DNA of 48,966 nt from contig JANTHH010000001.1 of the NCBI GenBank assembly GCA_024762485.1, positions 1 through 48,966 on the forward strand, read 5' to 3'. The DNA is from Chromatiales bacterium (lineage in GTDB: Bacteria > Pseudomonadota > Gammaproteobacteria > Chromatiales > Chromatiaceae). Below the pieces are notes generated by a model. It did no database searches. It saw only the letters and a list, made by a program, of their open reading frames with translations, and was not told the origin of the DNA. The position numbers were made by a program, and so were the translations under genes. Below, piece after piece: positions 15,634 through 28,351 of this stretch. Every line of letters begins with the position of its first letter. The stretch's first letter is position 1.

Positions 15634-16248
15634 TCAGTCACCGCCCCAGCGCGGCAGCAGCTGGTTGGGCACACCGAGCTGGTCGAGGATGCGCGCAACC
15701 ATGAAATCCACCAGATCGGCCACCGAGCGGGGTTGCTGATAAAAACCGGGATTGGCCGGCATGATGATGGCACCGGCGCGATCGAGCCGGCTCATGTTCT
15801 CCAGGTGGATGCTGGAGAAGGGGGTCTCGCGCACCACCAGGATCAGCTTGCGCCGCTCCTTGAGCATGACATCGGCGGCGCGGTCGATGAGATCGTCGCA
15901 GATGCCGTTGGCGATGGAGCCCAGGGTGCCGGTGGTGCACGGCACCACCACCATCGCCTCGGGAGGGTTGGAGCCACTGGCCACCGGCGCGGTCCATTGC
16001 TGGCGTCCGAACACCCGCAGCTGCCCCGCTGCGGCACCGAAGCGGGCCGACAGCTGCTGCTCGGCCTCTGCGGGGCGAGCGGACAGCTCGATGCCATCCT
16101 CCATCTTCAGCACCACCTGGGCGGCCTGGGAATAGAGCAGCCAGACGTCGCGCCCTGCCGCCAGCAACTGCTCGATCAGCCGCAAGGCGTAGGCGGTGCC
16201 CGAGGCACCGGTGATGGCGACGGTGATGGCGTTGGCTGGTGAACTCAT
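15634..16248 (-). CDS. ubiX: Flavin prenyltransferase UbiX
   Basis: 204 aa with ITVAITGASGTAYALRLIEQL and the pattern of a flavoprotein of UbiX/Pad1 type (VVPCTTGTLGSIANG). Confidence 0.92.
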   Translation of the reverse strand: MSSPANAITVAITGASGTAYALRLIEQLLAAGRDVWLLYSQAAQVVLKMEDGIELSARPAEAEQQLSARFGAAAGQLRVFGRQQWTAPVASGSNPPEAMVVVPCTTGTLGSIANGICDDLIDRAADVMLKERRKLILVVRETPFSSIHLENMSRLDRAGAIIMPANPGFYQQPRSVADLVDFMVARILDQLGVPNQLLPRWGGD

Positions 16249-16382
16249 GGGGTCTTATTAAAACACGAGCGGCGCGCCAACCGACCCTGGCGTGCCCGGG
16301 GTCTTGCACGGGCCGGGGTGCGCCGCGGTCGGATAGCTGCTAATTTTTCGGCCTTCTGCTGTCACCTGGCCCGCGAACACCC

Positions 16383-17195
16383 ATGCCGGAACTACCCGAA
16401 GTCGAGACCACCCGCCGCGGCATCGCCCCCCATCTCGAGGGCCGCACCGTCAAGGGCGTGGTGGTGCGCGAGCGCCGGCTGCGCTGGCCGGTGCCGGTGG
16501 GGCTCGATCGCACCCTGCGCGGCCAGCGGGTTCAGGGGGTGGAGCGCCGTGGAAAATACCTGCTGATCCGCTTCGCCAGCGGCACACTGATCATCCACCT
16601 GGGCATGTCGGGCAGCCTGCGGGTGCTCCCCGCCGAGACCCCGCCGCAGCCCCACGACCACATCGACCTGTGTCTTGCCGACCACTGTCTGCGCCTGCGT
16701 GACCCGCGGCGCTTCGGCGCGGTGCTGTGGACCCGGGACGACCCGCGCGAGCACAAACTGATCGCCCACCTCGGCCCCGAGCCCCTGTCGGACGCCTTCA
16801 GCGCCGATTATCTCCACCAATATGCCAGCAAGCGCCGGGTCGCCATCAAGTCACTGTTGATGGACAGCAAGGTGGTGGTCGGGGTGGGCAACATCTACGC
16901 CAATGAATCACTGTTCATGGCCGGCATCCATCCGCAACGTACCTGCAACCGTATCTCCCTGGCACGCTGTGAAAGGCTGGTCGCAGCGGTAAAACAGGTG
17001 CTGGCCGCCGCCATCGAGCAGGGCGGCACCACGCTGCGCGACTTCCAGCGCGAAGACGGTAAACCCGGTTATTTCGCCCAGCAGCTACAGGTCTACGGCC
17101 GCGGCGGTGCGCCCTGTGTAGCGTGTGGCAGGCCATTGAAGGAGACCCGCATCGGCCAGCGCAGCACCGTCTACTGCGGGCGATGCCAGCGCTGA
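16383..17195 (+). CDS. mutM: Formamidopyrimidine-DNA glycosylase
   Basis: [15 protein letters not shown]-terminus, H2TH region, and a C-terminal zinc finger C..C...C..C (CVACG...CGRCQ). Confidence 0.96.
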   Translation: MPELPEVETTRRGIAPHLEGRTVKGVVVRERRLRWPVPVGLDRTLRGQRVQGVERRGKYLLIRFASGTLIIHLGMSGSLRVLPAETPPQPHDHIDLCLADHCLRLRDPRRFGAVLWTRDDPREHKLIAHLGPEPLSDAFSADYLHQYASKRRVAIKSLLMDSKVVVGVGNIYANESLFMAGIHPQRTCNRISLARCERLVAAVKQVLAAAIEQGGTTLRDFQREDGKPGYFAQQLQVYGRGGAPCVACGRPLKETRIGQRSTVYCGRCQR

Positions 17196-17223
17196 TCCCG
17201 CCAGCTGCCGGCTACAGGGCCCC

Positions 17224-19515
17224 TCATGCGGCACCGTGGATCACATAGCGGTTCCTGCCCGATTGCTTGGCCTGATACATGGCCCGGTCGGCCACCGCCA
17301 GCAATCCTTCCGGGTCGTCGGCATCCTGCGGATAGATCGCGATGCCCAGGCTGCCGCTCACCTGCTCCTGCTGACCATCTTCCGTTACCGTGACGGTCAC
17401 CTGTCTCAGCAGCCGGCCGGCCAGTTCCTCCACCTCGGCACGGTCATCCACCTCATTGAGGATAATGGCGAACTCGTCACCCCCGAGCCGGGCCACCGTG
17501 TCGTCCTCGCGGACCGACTGGCTGAGCCGTGCGGCGATATCGACCAGCAGTTCGTCGCCCCGCTGATGGCCGAAACGGTCATTCACCGCCTTGAAACCAT
17601 CAAGATCGAGATACAGCAGCGCCAACAGCTTGCCGCTGCGACGTGCCCGCGCCATGCCCGCTCGCAGGCGATCCTGGAAGAGGATGCGGTTGGCCACGCC
17701 GGTCAGCACGTCGAAATGGGCGAGGTTCTCCAACCGGGCCTGGTTTTCCTTCAACGCCGTGATATCCGCATAGATGCCCACATAACGACAAGTATCCTGG
17801 TCGTCGTCACAGACGCGGGTAACGGACATCAGCCGTGGCAGAATCTCGCCGGACTTGGTGCGCAGCCAGACCTCACTCTGCCAGCGCCCCTCTGACATCA
17901 GGTTGTCCCACATGCGGCGATAGTATTCCTGGTCGTGCAGACCCGATTTGAGCAGCGCCGGGGTCTTACCCCGCAGCTCGCCCCACTGGTAGCCGGTCAT
18001 CTCGCAGAAGGCATCGTTGGCGTCGACGATGTTGCTGTCCTGATCAGTGATCAGGATCGGCTGCGAGACCTGGTCGATGATGGCCTGATCCAGTTGCAGT
18101 TCCCGTTCCCGCTGCTTGCGTTCGGTGATGTCCTGTACCGTGCCGAGCAGGTGCCTGCCGTTCCCGCCGTCATCATTGACGAGACGGGCAAAGCCATGCA
18201 CGTAGAGATCGCCGCCGTCGGCCCGCACGATGCGGTATTCGAGCTCACCCCTGCCCCCATCACGGATCACCTGGCGCAAGGCCTGGATGAAACGGCGCCG
18301 ATCCGCGGGATGGACATGGCGCAGGAACAAGCGGGGACCCGGCTGCACGCTGCGGGGCTCGAGGTCGAGCAACCGGAACATCTCATCCGACCAGGTCTGC
18401 CGACCACTCGACAGGTCCCAGTCCCAGCTGCCCAGATGGGTGAGCGACTGGGCCATCTGCAGGGCCTCGTGTTCGCGCTGCAGTGCCGTCTCCATCTGCC
18501 GCTGCTGGCTGATGTCACGCAGGCTCACCAGGGCCACCCGGCCGCTGTCCTGCAACGAGTAGCTCAGGCTGATACTGACTGGCACTTCACTGCCATCGGC
18601 ACAGCGCACCCGGAACCCGCGCATACTGGTCATCGGCCGCCCCTGTCCCGAGGCGAAGTGCTGTTCGCGCATGCCGACATGACCTGCGCGCAGGTCCTCG
18701 GGCAGCAGATCCTCCGCCGTCATCCCCACCAGTTGCGCACGCCTATAGCCGAGCAGGTGCTCGGCCTGCAGGTTGACACGGACGATACGGCCGGACTCGT
18801 CGACGATCAGCAGGGCATCGGGCATGGCCTCGAGCAGTTCCGACAGGTAGCGCTGGCTGAGCTCGGATCGCTCCCGGGCCCGGGACAGTTCACGCCGGTC
18901 CCATACCAGCAGCATGGCCAGCAGCAGGAAGGGGATGAACAGCAAGGCGGAATATCGCGTCTTCACCACCACGTCATGCAGGGCAGCGTCGACCTCGCGC
19001 TGTGCCACACCGGCCTGGGCCTCGATCCGTTCCTGCAGCCGGGCGATGGCCTGCAGGGCCGGGTCGTCATCGACCTTCACCCGACGATCGATCTGCCGGG
19101 GCGACATGCCCTGGGCGACCAGCTGTCGCGCCAGGTCGAGCTTGCCGGCGTACTCATCGACAACGGCTTCGAGGGTGGCCAGGGCATCGAGCGCCATGGG
19201 GTCGTCCGACAGCTGCCGGAACCGGGCCATGGCCAGGCGTGTGGCCGCGAGATGGCCGGCAAGCTTGGGTGGCAGCGATTCATCCTGCCGCAGGACGTAG
19301 TTCTTGAAGTCATGGATGAAACCACCGTAGCCGAAATTGCGCACGATCTGGTGCAGGGTCTCATCCATCTGTACCGCGCGACCATGGTAGCGCTGCCACA
19401 GTTGCGAGGTGTCTTCGACCTGCCGCGCCAGCGAAACGCCGAGCGCGAACAACCCCAGCACGCTGAGCGTGACCAGCAGATAGATCAGAAAGGGCAGTTT
19501 CTTCAGGCGTTGCAT
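17224..19515 (-). CDS. Membrane sensor diguanylate cyclase (TM - periplasmic helical sensor - TM - 3x PAS - GGDEF)
   Basis: Intact RLGGDEFAI active site. Three PAS/PAC-like blocks and two TM segments flank a ~170-aa periplasmic region. The ATG at 19515 lies one codon inside the TTG used by the ORF track. Confidence 0.88.
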   Translation of the reverse strand: MQRLKKLPFLIYLLVTLSVLGLFALGVSLARQVEDTSQLWQRYHGRAVQMDETLHQIVRNFGYGGFIHDFKNYVLRQDESLPPKLAGHLAATRLAMARFRQLSDDPMALDALATLEAVVDEYAGKLDLARQLVAQGMSPRQIDRRVKVDDDPALQAIARLQERIEAQAGVAQREVDAALHDVVVKTRYSALLFIPFLLLAMLLVWDRRELSRARERSELSQRYLSELLEAMPDALLIVDESGRIVRVNLQAEHLLGYRRAQLVGMTAEDLLPEDLRAGHVGMREQHFASGQGRPMTSMRGFRVRCADGSEVPVSISLSYSLQDSGRVALVSLRDISQQRQMETALQREHEALQMAQSLTHLGSWDWDLSSGRQTWSDEMFRLLDLEPRSVQPGPRLFLRHVHPADRRRFIQALRQVIRDGGRGELEYRIVRADGGDLYVHGFARLVNDDGGNGRHLLGTVQDITERKQRERELQLDQAIIDQVSQPILITDQDSNIVDANDAFCEMTGYQWGELRGKTPALLKSGLHDQEYYRRMWDNLMSEGRWQSEVWLRTKSGEILPRLMSVTRVCDDDQDTCRYVGIYADITALKENQARLENLAHFDVLTGVANRILFQDRLRAGMARARRSGKLLALLYLDLDGFKAVNDRFGHQRGDELLVDIAARLSQSVREDDTVARLGGDEFAIILNEVDDRAEVEELAGRLLRQVTVTVTEDGQQEQVSGSLGIAIYPQDADDPEGLLAVADRAMYQAKQSGRNRYVIHGAA

Positions 19516-19696
19516 CAAGGAAAGACCTTCGGCCGATACCGGCTGTTGTCACGTCTGCGCGTGATTCGTCATGGCATCTTCCCTGAACCTCTTCTGACTA
19601 TATGGAAAAATCCCCGCAAAAGGGCTCGGGAAGTTGCGCTGGATCAATACCCTCGCATTGTCCGGCGCACATCCGGAAGGCCGATCCCTATCCCTT

Positions 19697-22003
19697 TCAG
19701 CGACCTTCCCGCGCCTTGGCGAAGGCCGCGGCCAGCGCGCCGGCAGCCGGTTCACGCTGCACGCCTGGTTTCTTTTTCTTTCCCTTGCCTGGGCGGTCAG
19801 GAGATCTATCGGCGCGCGCCATCCTTTCTTCAGGTTCGTCCGACAGGCGCATGGACAGCGCCACCCGCCTGCGCGGCAGATCGACCTCCATCACCTTGAC
19901 CCGCACCACGTCGCCGGCCTTCGCCACCTGGTGCGGGTCCTTGACGAACTTGTCGCTCATCGCCGAGATGTGCACCAGCCCGTCCTGGTGCACGCCCACG
20001 TCGACGAAGGCACCAAAGTTGGTGATGTTGGTGACCACGCCCTCCAGCACCATGCCGGGCCTGAGATCTTTCAGCTCCTCCACCCCTTCCTGGAACACGG
20101 CGGTTACGAACTCCGGTCGCGGGTCACGGCCGGGCTTTTCCAGCTCGGCGAGGATGTCGCGCACCGTGGGCAGACCGAAGCGCTCGTCGGTGAACTGCTC
20201 CGGCTTGATCCGATGCAGAAAGCCTGCGTCACCCACTACCTGGTCGATGGCCCGGTCGTTGGCGGCGAGGATGCGCTGCACCAGCGGATAGGCCTCCGGG
20301 TGCACTGCCGAGGCATCGAGTGGGTTGGCGCCACCGACGATGCGCAGAAAACCCGCCGCCTGCTCGAAGGTCTTCTCACCGAGACGCGACACCTTCAGCA
20401 GCGCCTTGCGCTCGGCAAAGGCGCCGTTGGCATTGCGGTAGTCGACGATATTCTCCGCCAGCGTGGCGGACAGCCCCGAGACCCGCGCCAAAAGCGCCGG
20501 CGAGGCGGTGTTGAGGTCCACGCCCACCGCGTTGACGCAGTCCTCCACCACGTTTTCCAGACCCCGTGCCAGGCGCACCTGGCTGACATCGTGCTGGTAC
20601 TGGCCGACCCCGATGGACTTGGGGTCGATCTTCACCAGCTCGGCCAGCGGGTCCTGTAGGCGCCGCGCAATGGACACCGCGCCGCGCAGCGACACGTCCA
20701 GCTCGGGCAGCTCGCGGCTGGCCAGTTCGGAGGCGGAATAGACCGAGGCACCGGCCTCGCTGACCATGATCTTGGTCAGGCGCAACTCGCTGTGCTTCCT
20801 GATCAGCTCGGCCGCCAGCCTGTCGGTCTCGCGCGAGGCGGTGCCGTTGCCGATGGCGATCAGGTCGACGCGATGTACGCGGGCGATGTTCGCCAGCGTG
20901 GCAATGCTTTGGTCCCATTGTTTCTTCGGCGCATGGGGATAGATGGTGTCGGTGGCCACCACCTTGCCGGTGGCGTCCACCACCGCCACCTTGACGCCGG
21001 TACGCAGCCCCGGGTCCAGACCCAGGGTGGCGCGGGGGCCGGCGGGGGCCGCCAGCAGCAGGTCGTGCAGATTGCGCGCGAAGACCTGGATCGCCTCCTC
21101 CTCCGCTGCCTCGCGCAGCCGGGTCTTCAGTTCCAGGTCGAGCCGGGTCAGCAGCTTCACCCGCCAGGTGTAGCGCACGGTCTCACGCAGCCAGGCATCG
21201 GCCGGACGACCCCGGTCCTCGATGGCAAAGTGCTGCGCCAGCATGACCTCGGGGACACTCACCGCGCCCGGTTCGGCCTCACCCAGGTCCAGGTCGAGAT
21301 ACAGCACCCCCTCGTTGCGGCCGCGGAACAGGGCCAGCGCACGGTGCGACGGGATCTTGTTCAGCGCCTCGGCAAACTCGAAATAGTCGGCGAACTTGGC
21401 ACCCTCCTGCGCCTTGCCCTCGACCAGGGTCGACTTCAACCGGGCATTTGCCCACAGCCAGTCACGCAGCTGGCCGGTGAGGGCAGCGTCCTCGGCGAAG
21501 GTCTCCATGAGGATCTGGCGCGCACCCTCCAGCGCCGCCTTCACGTCGGCCACGCCCTTGCCGGCATCCACATAATCGGCTGCGGCCTGCGCCGGCTCCC
21601 GGCCCGGGTCTTGCCACAATCCCAGGGCCAGTGGCTCCAGACCGGCCTCGCGTGCGATCTGCGCCTTGGTGCGGCGCTTCGGCTTGTAGGGCAGGTAGAT
21701 GTCCTCCAGCCGGGTCTTGGTCTCGGCGTCGAGGATCGCCTGCTGCAGCGCGGGTGTGAGCTTGTCCTGCTCCTCGATGCTCTTGAGGATGGTGGCGCGC
21801 CGATCATCCAGCTCGCGCAGGTAGCCGAGACGCTCCTCGAGCTGGCGCAACTGGGCATCGTCCAGGCCGCCGGTGGCCTCCTTGCGATAGCGGGCGACGA
21901 AGGGCACGGTGGCGCCGCCGTCGAGCAGTTCGATGGCGGCCGCCACCTGGGCGGGACGGACACCGAGTTCATCGGCGATGCGTTGCTGGATGGGGGCTGG
22001 CAT
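19697..22003 (-). CDS. tex: Transcription accessory protein Tex (S1 RNA-binding domain protein)
   Basis: 768 aa. The N-terminus ([34 protein letters not shown]) is diagnostic of Tex. YqgF-like and HhH regions are present, with a C-terminal S1 domain. Confidence 0.95.
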   Translation of the reverse strand: MPAPIQQRIADELGVRPAQVAAAIELLDGGATVPFVARYRKEATGGLDDAQLRQLEERLGYLRELDDRRATILKSIEEQDKLTPALQQAILDAETKTRLEDIYLPYKPKRRTKAQIAREAGLEPLALGLWQDPGREPAQAAADYVDAGKGVADVKAALEGARQILMETFAEDAALTGQLRDWLWANARLKSTLVEGKAQEGAKFADYFEFAEALNKIPSHRALALFRGRNEGVLYLDLDLGEAEPGAVSVPEVMLAQHFAIEDRGRPADAWLRETVRYTWRVKLLTRLDLELKTRLREAAEEEAIQVFARNLHDLLLAAPAGPRATLGLDPGLRTGVKVAVVDATGKVVATDTIYPHAPKKQWDQSIATLANIARVHRVDLIAIGNGTASRETDRLAAELIRKHSELRLTKIMVSEAGASVYSASELASRELPELDVSLRGAVSIARRLQDPLAELVKIDPKSIGVGQYQHDVSQVRLARGLENVVEDCVNAVGVDLNTASPALLARVSGLSATLAENIVDYRNANGAFAERKALLKVSRLGEKTFEQAAGFLRIVGGANPLDASAVHPEAYPLVQRILAANDRAIDQVVGDAGFLHRIKPEQFTDERFGLPTVRDILAELEKPGRDPRPEFVTAVFQEGVEELKDLRPGMVLEGVVTNITNFGAFVDVGVHQDGLVHISAMSDKFVKDPHQVAKAGDVVRVKVMEVDLPRRRVALSMRLSDEPEERMARADRSPDRPGKGKKKKPGVQREPAAGALAAAFAKAREGR

Positions 22004-22085
22004 GGCTGGCTTCTCCGGGAACGGCGACGGACAAAGCGGGGAATCTACTACAGTGCGGCGCCCAGGTCGCCGTTGACATTCCGCC

Positions 22086-23849
22086 CTAGCGGACCACGGC
22101 CGAGCCGCCGCCGCGGGGGTCGCTGGCGGCGCGCACGGTGCCCTGCGTCTTGTCCCAATAGATCGCCTGCAGGTTGCCGAAGCGGCCCTCCAGTTCCTTC
22201 AGCTCATAACCCATGTCCATGAGGAGCAGCTCGGCCAGCGGGGCGATGGCACCGGGTTCGTACTGCACCACATCGGGCAGGTACTGGTGGTGCAGACGCG
22301 GCCGGGCGACCCAGACCGCAGGGTCGGTCTCGCCGTCGAACAGTTGCAGCATGGCCTGCAGCACCATGGTGATGATGCGCGAGCCGCCGGGGGTGCCGAG
22401 GATGGCGACGCCGTGCGGGCCCTCGACGAAGGTGGGCGACATGCTGGAGAGCGGTCGCTTGCCCGGGGCGATGGCATTGGCCTGTGCCCCCACCAGGCCG
22501 TAGGCGTTGGGCACGCCCGGCTTGGCGGAGAAGTCGTCCATCTCGTCGTTGAGCAACACACCGGTACCCGGCGGGATGTAGAGGGCGCCGAAGGGGTAGT
22601 TGATGCTCAGGGTCGCCGCCACCCGGTTGCCGTCGCGGTCGAGGATGGAGAAGTGGGTGGTGTTCATGCCCTCGCGCCGGCCCTGGCCGGATCGGGCCGC
22701 AGGTGGTGCATCGGCCCCGTAGGGGTCGGCCACACCGGTGTCGCTCTGCGCACTCCCCACCGCCGGGAGCGTGCGGCTCGGGGTGGCGCGATCGGGCCGG
22801 ATGTCCGCCACAAGGCGCCGCGCATAATCCTTTGAAAGCAGACGCTCCACCGGCACCGTGACGAAATCCGTGTCGCCGAGGTAGCGGGCGCGGTCACGGT
22901 AGGCACGGCGCATCACCTCGATCAGCCGGTGCAGGCGCTGCGCGCCGGCCTCCTCTGCGGTCGTCTCCGGTGCGGTGTCATCCGCCGGCAGGGCCGCGAG
23001 CATGTTCAGCATCTCCACCAGTGCGATCCCGCCCGAGGAGGGCGGCGCAGCGCTGACGATGCGCCAGCCACGGTATTCACCGCTGATGGGTTCGCGCTCG
23101 ATCACCCGGTAGTCGGCCAGGTCCTGCAAGGTCCAGATACCGCCGGCGGCACGCACGCCATCCACAAGGCGCCGGGCGATCTCGCCCTGGTAGAAACCGG
23201 CCGCGCCGTGGCGAGCGATCTGTTCCAGTGTATGGGCCAACGCGGGCTGGCGGATGACATGACCGACGGGAGGAAGCTCCCCGTCCAGCAGGAACTGCTG
23301 CGCCACGGTGGGCGATGCGGCCATGGCCTGCAGCCGGAAGCCCGCCCACTTGCGGTACTCCCCGTCCACTGCGAAGCCCTCGCGGGCGAGGCGGATGGCC
23401 GGGGCCAGCGAACGGGACAGTGGCAGCCGTCCATAGCGTTCGGCCAGATGGGCCAATGCCGCCGGCTCACCGGGGATGGCCGCAGCCAGCCCACCCTCGA
23501 TGCTGGCGCCGGGGATCACCTTTCCCGTGTCGTCGAGATAGAGGTCACGATGGGCTGCCAGCGGTGCGCGCTCACGCCCGTCGAGCATCACCTGGCGGCC
23601 GTCTCTGGCGCGGTGCAGCAGCCAGAAACCACCCCCACCCAGCCCCGAGCCAGAGGGCTCGACCACCGCCAGCGCGGCGCTCACCGCCACCGCGGCATCG
23701 AAGGCATTGCCGCCGGTCTCGAGCACCTCGAAACCCGCCGCGGTGGCCAGCGGGTGGGCCGAGGCGATGGCAGCCTTGCCGGGTGCGGCCCCGGCCCACG
23801 TCTGCAGACCGGCCAGCAGGAGAGTGACGGTGATCAGCTGACGAAGCAT
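22086..23849 (-). CDS. ggt: Gamma-glutamyltransferase
   Basis: Signal peptide [21 protein letters not shown] from the ATG at 23849 (GGAGG RBS). GGT body includes the autoprocessing Thr motif (NTTHFSILD) and GSPGGSRII-like TPGGSRII. Confidence 0.92.
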   Translation of the reverse strand: MLRQLITVTLLLAGLQTWAGAAPGKAAIASAHPLATAAGFEVLETGGNAFDAAVAVSAALAVVEPSGSGLGGGGFWLLHRARDGRQVMLDGRERAPLAAHRDLYLDDTGKVIPGASIEGGLAAAIPGEPAALAHLAERYGRLPLSRSLAPAIRLAREGFAVDGEYRKWAGFRLQAMAASPTVAQQFLLDGELPPVGHVIRQPALAHTLEQIARHGAAGFYQGEIARRLVDGVRAAGGIWTLQDLADYRVIEREPISGEYRGWRIVSAAPPSSGGIALVEMLNMLAALPADDTAPETTAEEAGAQRLHRLIEVMRRAYRDRARYLGDTDFVTVPVERLLSKDYARRLVADIRPDRATPSRTLPAVGSAQSDTGVADPYGADAPPAARSGQGRREGMNTTHFSILDRDGNRVAATLSINYPFGALYIPPGTGVLLNDEMDDFSAKPGVPNAYGLVGAQANAIAPGKRPLSSMSPTFVEGPHGVAILGTPGGSRIITMVLQAMLQLFDGETDPAVWVARPRLHHQYLPDVVQYEPGAIAPLAELLLMDMGYELKELEGRFGNLQAIYWDKTQGTVRAASDPRGGGSAVVR

Positions 23850-23911
23850 GGCGGGCCTCCGGGTTCTCGTCGGTTTACTGCGCGGGAAACCGCGCATGAA
23901 AGTCGCGCATT

Positions 23912-23944
23912 AAAAAAGCCGTGCGCAGTCTCACCACGCACGGC
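23912..23944 (-). terminator. Rho-independent terminator after the ferredoxin gene
   Basis: The minus strand forms GCCGTGCG-(11-nt loop)-CGCACGGC followed by TTTTTTAA. Confidence 0.7.
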
Positions 23945-23965
23945 CTCTGTCAGGCATCCGCCGCA

Positions 23966-24268
<303 letters not shown>

Positions 24269-24279
24269 TCATGTCGACA

Positions 24280-24789
<510 letters not shown>

Positions 24790-24845
24790 TTATATCAGCC
24801 GTGGCTAATAATAAGCACCAGCATGGTGCAGGGTTTTGCCTGGCA

Positions 24846-25454
24846 TCAATCGGTGGTCACTGCTCGGGCCGCCGCATTCGACGACCTGTGTCGCCGCATC
24901 AGGCGGAAGGCGGCCTGCCCGGCCCGGCCCTCGCGGTGCAATTGCCAATTGGCTGGCAGCTCGGGCCAGGGATGGGAGGCATCCTGCTCCAGGTAGATCC
25001 AGGCCTCGTCCGAGAGCCAGCTGTGGCCCTCCAGGGCGTGGGCCGTCCCGCCCAGCAGACCGGCGGCGAAGGGTGGATCGAGAAAGACGATGTCGAAGGA
25101 CTGCTCCGGTGCGCTGGCAAGCAGCTTGCGGGCATCACGGAGCAGTACCTCTCCACGTTTGCCGGTATCCAGCGTCTCGAGATTGGCGCGCAAGCGTTCG
25201 ACCACCACCCGGGCCTGATCGCACAGCAAGACGAAACCGGCGCCGCGCGACAGGGCTTCCAGCCCCAGCGCGCCGCTGCCGGCGAACAGGTCCAGGCAGC
25301 GGCTGCCCGCCAGCTCGGACTGCAGCCAGTTGAACAGGGTCTCGCGTACCCGGTCGGCAGTCGGACGCAGCCCCTTCACCGTGGCAAAGTCGAGCCGGCG
25401 CCCCTTGTGCTCGCCACCGATGATGCGCACCCGGTTGGCGTGGCCGCGACTCAT
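24846..25454 (-). CDS. rsmD: 16S rRNA (guanine966-N2)-methyltransferase
   Basis: RIIGGEHKGRRL...RPTADRVRETLFNWL, SAM motif DLFAGSGALGLEALSRGA, and DPPF motif. The start overlaps the upstream stop (ATGA). Confidence 0.9.
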   Translation of the reverse strand: MSRGHANRVRIIGGEHKGRRLDFATVKGLRPTADRVRETLFNWLQSELAGSRCLDLFAGSGALGLEALSRGAGFVLLCDQARVVVERLRANLETLDTGKRGEVLLRDARKLLASAPEQSFDIVFLDPPFAAGLLGGTAHALEGHSWLSDEAWIYLEQDASHPWPELPANWQLHREGRAGQAAFRLMRRHRSSNAAARAVTTD

Positions 25455-26743
25455 TCCGCTGCGCCACCCACCACCACGCCGGTCAGGGCCTGTGGGTCGA
25501 CGCGACGCCGGAAGGCGTCACGCACCTGTTCCAGGGTGACCGCCTCGAGCTTGTCGGTGAGGGTGTCGAGCCAGTCCAGCGGATAGTCGTAGAAGCCCAT
25601 CATGGCGATGTACTCGACGATCTGCTTGTTGCTCGAGACCTTCAGCGGGAACCCGCCCACCAGGTTCTGCTTGGCCTTGTCGAAATCATCGCGCGCCGGT
25701 CCTTCGCTGATGAAGCGAGCCAGGGTTTCACGCATCACCGCGATCGTCTCGTCCGCCTGAGCGTTCTTGGTCTGGGCCACCATCAGGAAGGGGCCGGCGA
25801 CCCGCATCGGCGAGAAATAACTGTAGACGCTGTAGGACAGCCCACGCTTGTTGCGCACCTCCTCGCCCAGCAGCGAGACCAGACTGCCACCGCCGAAGAC
25901 ATGGTTGCCCACGTACAATGCAAAGTAGTCGGGATCGTGACGCGCCATGCCGATCTGGCCGAGGTAGAGATGGGTCTGGGTGGAGGGGAAACGCAGGCGC
26001 TCGATACCGCTGTTCGCGGCCACCGGGGTGGGCAGCTCCGGCGCATGCCGGCCCTCCGGCAGGCGTGCGGTCAGACGCTCGGCCAGTGCCTGCGCGGCCT
26101 TGCGGTCGAGGTCACCGACGATGGCGATCACCGCATTGGCGGCGACATAGTAGCGGCGGTGGAAGGCCTGCAGATCGGCACGCCGGAAGGCACGGATCGA
26201 CGCAGGCTCGCCACTCGGGTCATGGCCGTAGGGATGATCACCATAGAGCCGGCTCATGAAGGCCCGTCCGGCGATGCTGGCCGGAGACTGCTGCTTCTGA
26301 CGCAGCCCGATGAGCAGTTGCTGGCGGTTACGCTCGATGTCCCTGGCAGCGAAGGTCGGCTCGGCGAGGATGCCGGCCAGACTGTCGATGGCCACATCCA
26401 GGGTGTCGGGCTCACTGAGGCTGCGCACGGTGAACCAGGCCATGTCCCGCAGGGCACCGTTGCCGAGTTCGATGCCGTGGCTCTCCAGCCGCTCGGCCAG
26501 GGCATCGGCATCGAGACCGGCAGCGCTGTCGACCATTACCGCGTTGGTGAACAGCGCCAGCCCCGGCTGATCGCCGTCGCGGGCGGAGCCGGCATCGAAG
26601 ACCACCCGCACGTCCACCATCGGCAGCGTGGGGGCCTGGACATACATCACCTTGGCCCCGCCCTGGGTACGCCAGGACTGGACCTCGGGCGCAGCCTGGG
26701 CAGTTGTGGCGAGGCCGATCAGCAGAACGAACAGCAGACGCAT
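25451..26743 (-). CDS. M16-family peptidase-like protein (non-catalytic partner; no HxxEH seen)
   Basis: Signal peptide MRLLFVLLIGLATTAQA with insulinase-fold-like sequence. The ATG lies 1 nt after the stop of the upstream M16 gene. Confidence 0.82.
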   Translation of the reverse strand: MRLLFVLLIGLATTAQAAPEVQSWRTQGGAKVMYVQAPTLPMVDVRVVFDAGSARDGDQPGLALFTNAVMVDSAAGLDADALAERLESHGIELGNGALRDMAWFTVRSLSEPDTLDVAIDSLAGILAEPTFAARDIERNRQQLLIGLRQKQQSPASIAGRAFMSRLYGDHPYGHDPSGEPASIRAFRRADLQAFHRRYYVAANAVIAIVGDLDRKAAQALAERLTARLPEGRHAPELPTPVAANSGIERLRFPSTQTHLYLGQIGMARHDPDYFALYVGNHVFGGGSLVSLLGEEVRNKRGLSYSVYSYFSPMRVAGPFLMVAQTKNAQADETIAVMRETLARFISEGPARDDFDKAKQNLVGGFPLKVSSNKQIVEYIAMMGFYDYPLDWLDTLTDKLEAVTLEQVRDAFRRRVDPQALTGVVVGGAAE

Positions 26744-26744
26744 A

Positions 26745-28178
26745 TCAATCACCGGTTTGGTCTCCCTGAGCAGGACGTGGGGTGGCAGTGGGGGATTCGA
26801 TCGGCAGCGGCACCAGCTCACCCACCGTGAGGTTGTCACGGGTCAGGTACTTGCGCGCCACCGCCTGCACCTGGGCCGGGGTGACCGCGCGCACCGATGC
26901 CAGCTCCTGTTCGCTGAGCCGCCAGTCGAGGCCGACGGTCTCCAGCATGCCCAGCTGCATCGCCTGGTAGAACATGGAGTCCCGCTCGAAGACCTTGCCC
27001 GCCACCAGCTGGGTGACGATGCGATCGAGTTCGGCCCGGCTCACCGGCTCGCTTTTCAATCGCTCCACTTGTTCCAGCAGCGCCTGTTCGAGTTCGCGCG
27101 TGCTGTGCGCATCGGTGGGGATCCCGTCGAGGGTCAGCATGTCGGGCAAGCGGCTGTAGGGCGAGTAGTCGGCATCCGCCGCGGCGGCGATGGCACGGTC
27201 ACGTTCCAGCTCGCGGCTGAAGCGGGCGCTGCTGCCGCCATCGAGGATCGCTGACAGCACGTACAGCGCGTAGGGCTCCCAGTCCTCCGTCCCGTTGCCA
27301 CCGACGCCGCTGCCGACGATCGGTGTCTTGTAACCCATCATCAGATAGGACTGACGTGCGGGAACCCGCACCTCGACCCGGCTGATCCCGTGCTGCACCG
27401 GCTCGACCGGGGTCTTGAGCTCGAGATCGTCAAAGGGCGCGATGGGACCGAAGTGGCGCCGGGCCAGTTGCACCACGGCTTCGGGGGTGACGTCGCCGAC
27501 CACCACCAGGGTGGCGTTGTTGGGGGCATACCAGCGCTGGTACCAGGCGGCCAGGTCATCCACCGTCATGTGGTCGAGGTCGCTCATCCAGCCGATGACG
27601 GGGTTGTGGTAGGGCGAGGCACGCCAGGCAGCGGCGTTGAAGTTCTCGTAGGTCAGCCCGGTGGGCTTGTCCTCGGTGCGCAGCCGTCGCTCCTCCTTGA
27701 CCACCTCGAGCTCCTTGGCGAACTCGGCCGGGTCCAGCACCAGGTTGTGCATGCGATCGGCCTCGAGGCGCAGCGCGGTCTCCAGGTGCTGCTTCGAGAG
27801 GGTCTCGAAATAAGCGGTGTAATCGCGCCCGGTGAAGGCGTTCTCACTGCCCCCCTTGGCGGCGATGATGCGCGAGAACTCGCCCGGCCCCACCGTCTTC
27901 GTGCCCTTGAACATCATGTGTTCGAGCACATGGGACAGGCCGGTGATGCCGGGGTACTCGTAGCTCGACCCCACCTTGTACCAGACCTGGGACACCACCA
28001 CCGGGGCCCGATGGTCGGGCTTGACCAGCACCTTCATGCCGTTGTCGAGCATGTACTCGGTGACGCCGGCCTCGCTGGCGGCGACCGGCACGGTCTGTGC
28101 CGGGCCGGTTTCGAGGGCGGCACAGCCGCCCAGTGACAGGGCGAGCAACAGCCCGCCGGCCAATTTCAAATCGAACAT
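26745..28178 (-). CDS. M16-family zinc metallopeptidase (insulinase/pitrilysin-like)
   Basis: Lipoprotein-like leader MFDLKLAGGLLLALSLGGC and zinc motif HVLEH (HxxEH) within GLSHVLEHMMFKGT. Confidence 0.86.
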   Translation of the reverse strand: MFDLKLAGGLLLALSLGGCAALETGPAQTVPVAASEAGVTEYMLDNGMKVLVKPDHRAPVVVSQVWYKVGSSYEYPGITGLSHVLEHMMFKGTKTVGPGEFSRIIAAKGGSENAFTGRDYTAYFETLSKQHLETALRLEADRMHNLVLDPAEFAKELEVVKEERRLRTEDKPTGLTYENFNAAAWRASPYHNPVIGWMSDLDHMTVDDLAAWYQRWYAPNNATLVVVGDVTPEAVVQLARRHFGPIAPFDDLELKTPVEPVQHGISRVEVRVPARQSYLMMGYKTPIVGSGVGGNGTEDWEPYALYVLSAILDGGSSARFSRELERDRAIAAAADADYSPYSRLPDMLTLDGIPTDAHSTRELEQALLEQVERLKSEPVSRAELDRIVTQLVAGKVFERDSMFYQAMQLGMLETVGLDWRLSEQELASVRAVTPAQVQAVARKYLTRDNLTVGELVPLPIESPTATPRPAQGDQTGD

Positions 28179-28351
28179 GGTATGCCTGACTCCAATCCGC
28201 AGGACCGCCGGGAAATAATGGTAGGATGCGGGGCGTGGATCGGCCCGCCAGGGACACGATTCTTCCAAAGCCCGCCCGCCTTGTCCAAGGTGACGGCAGA
28301 GTTGACCGGGAAAGCCCGACAGGGTTCCCATCCACAGGCAGCAGACGACAC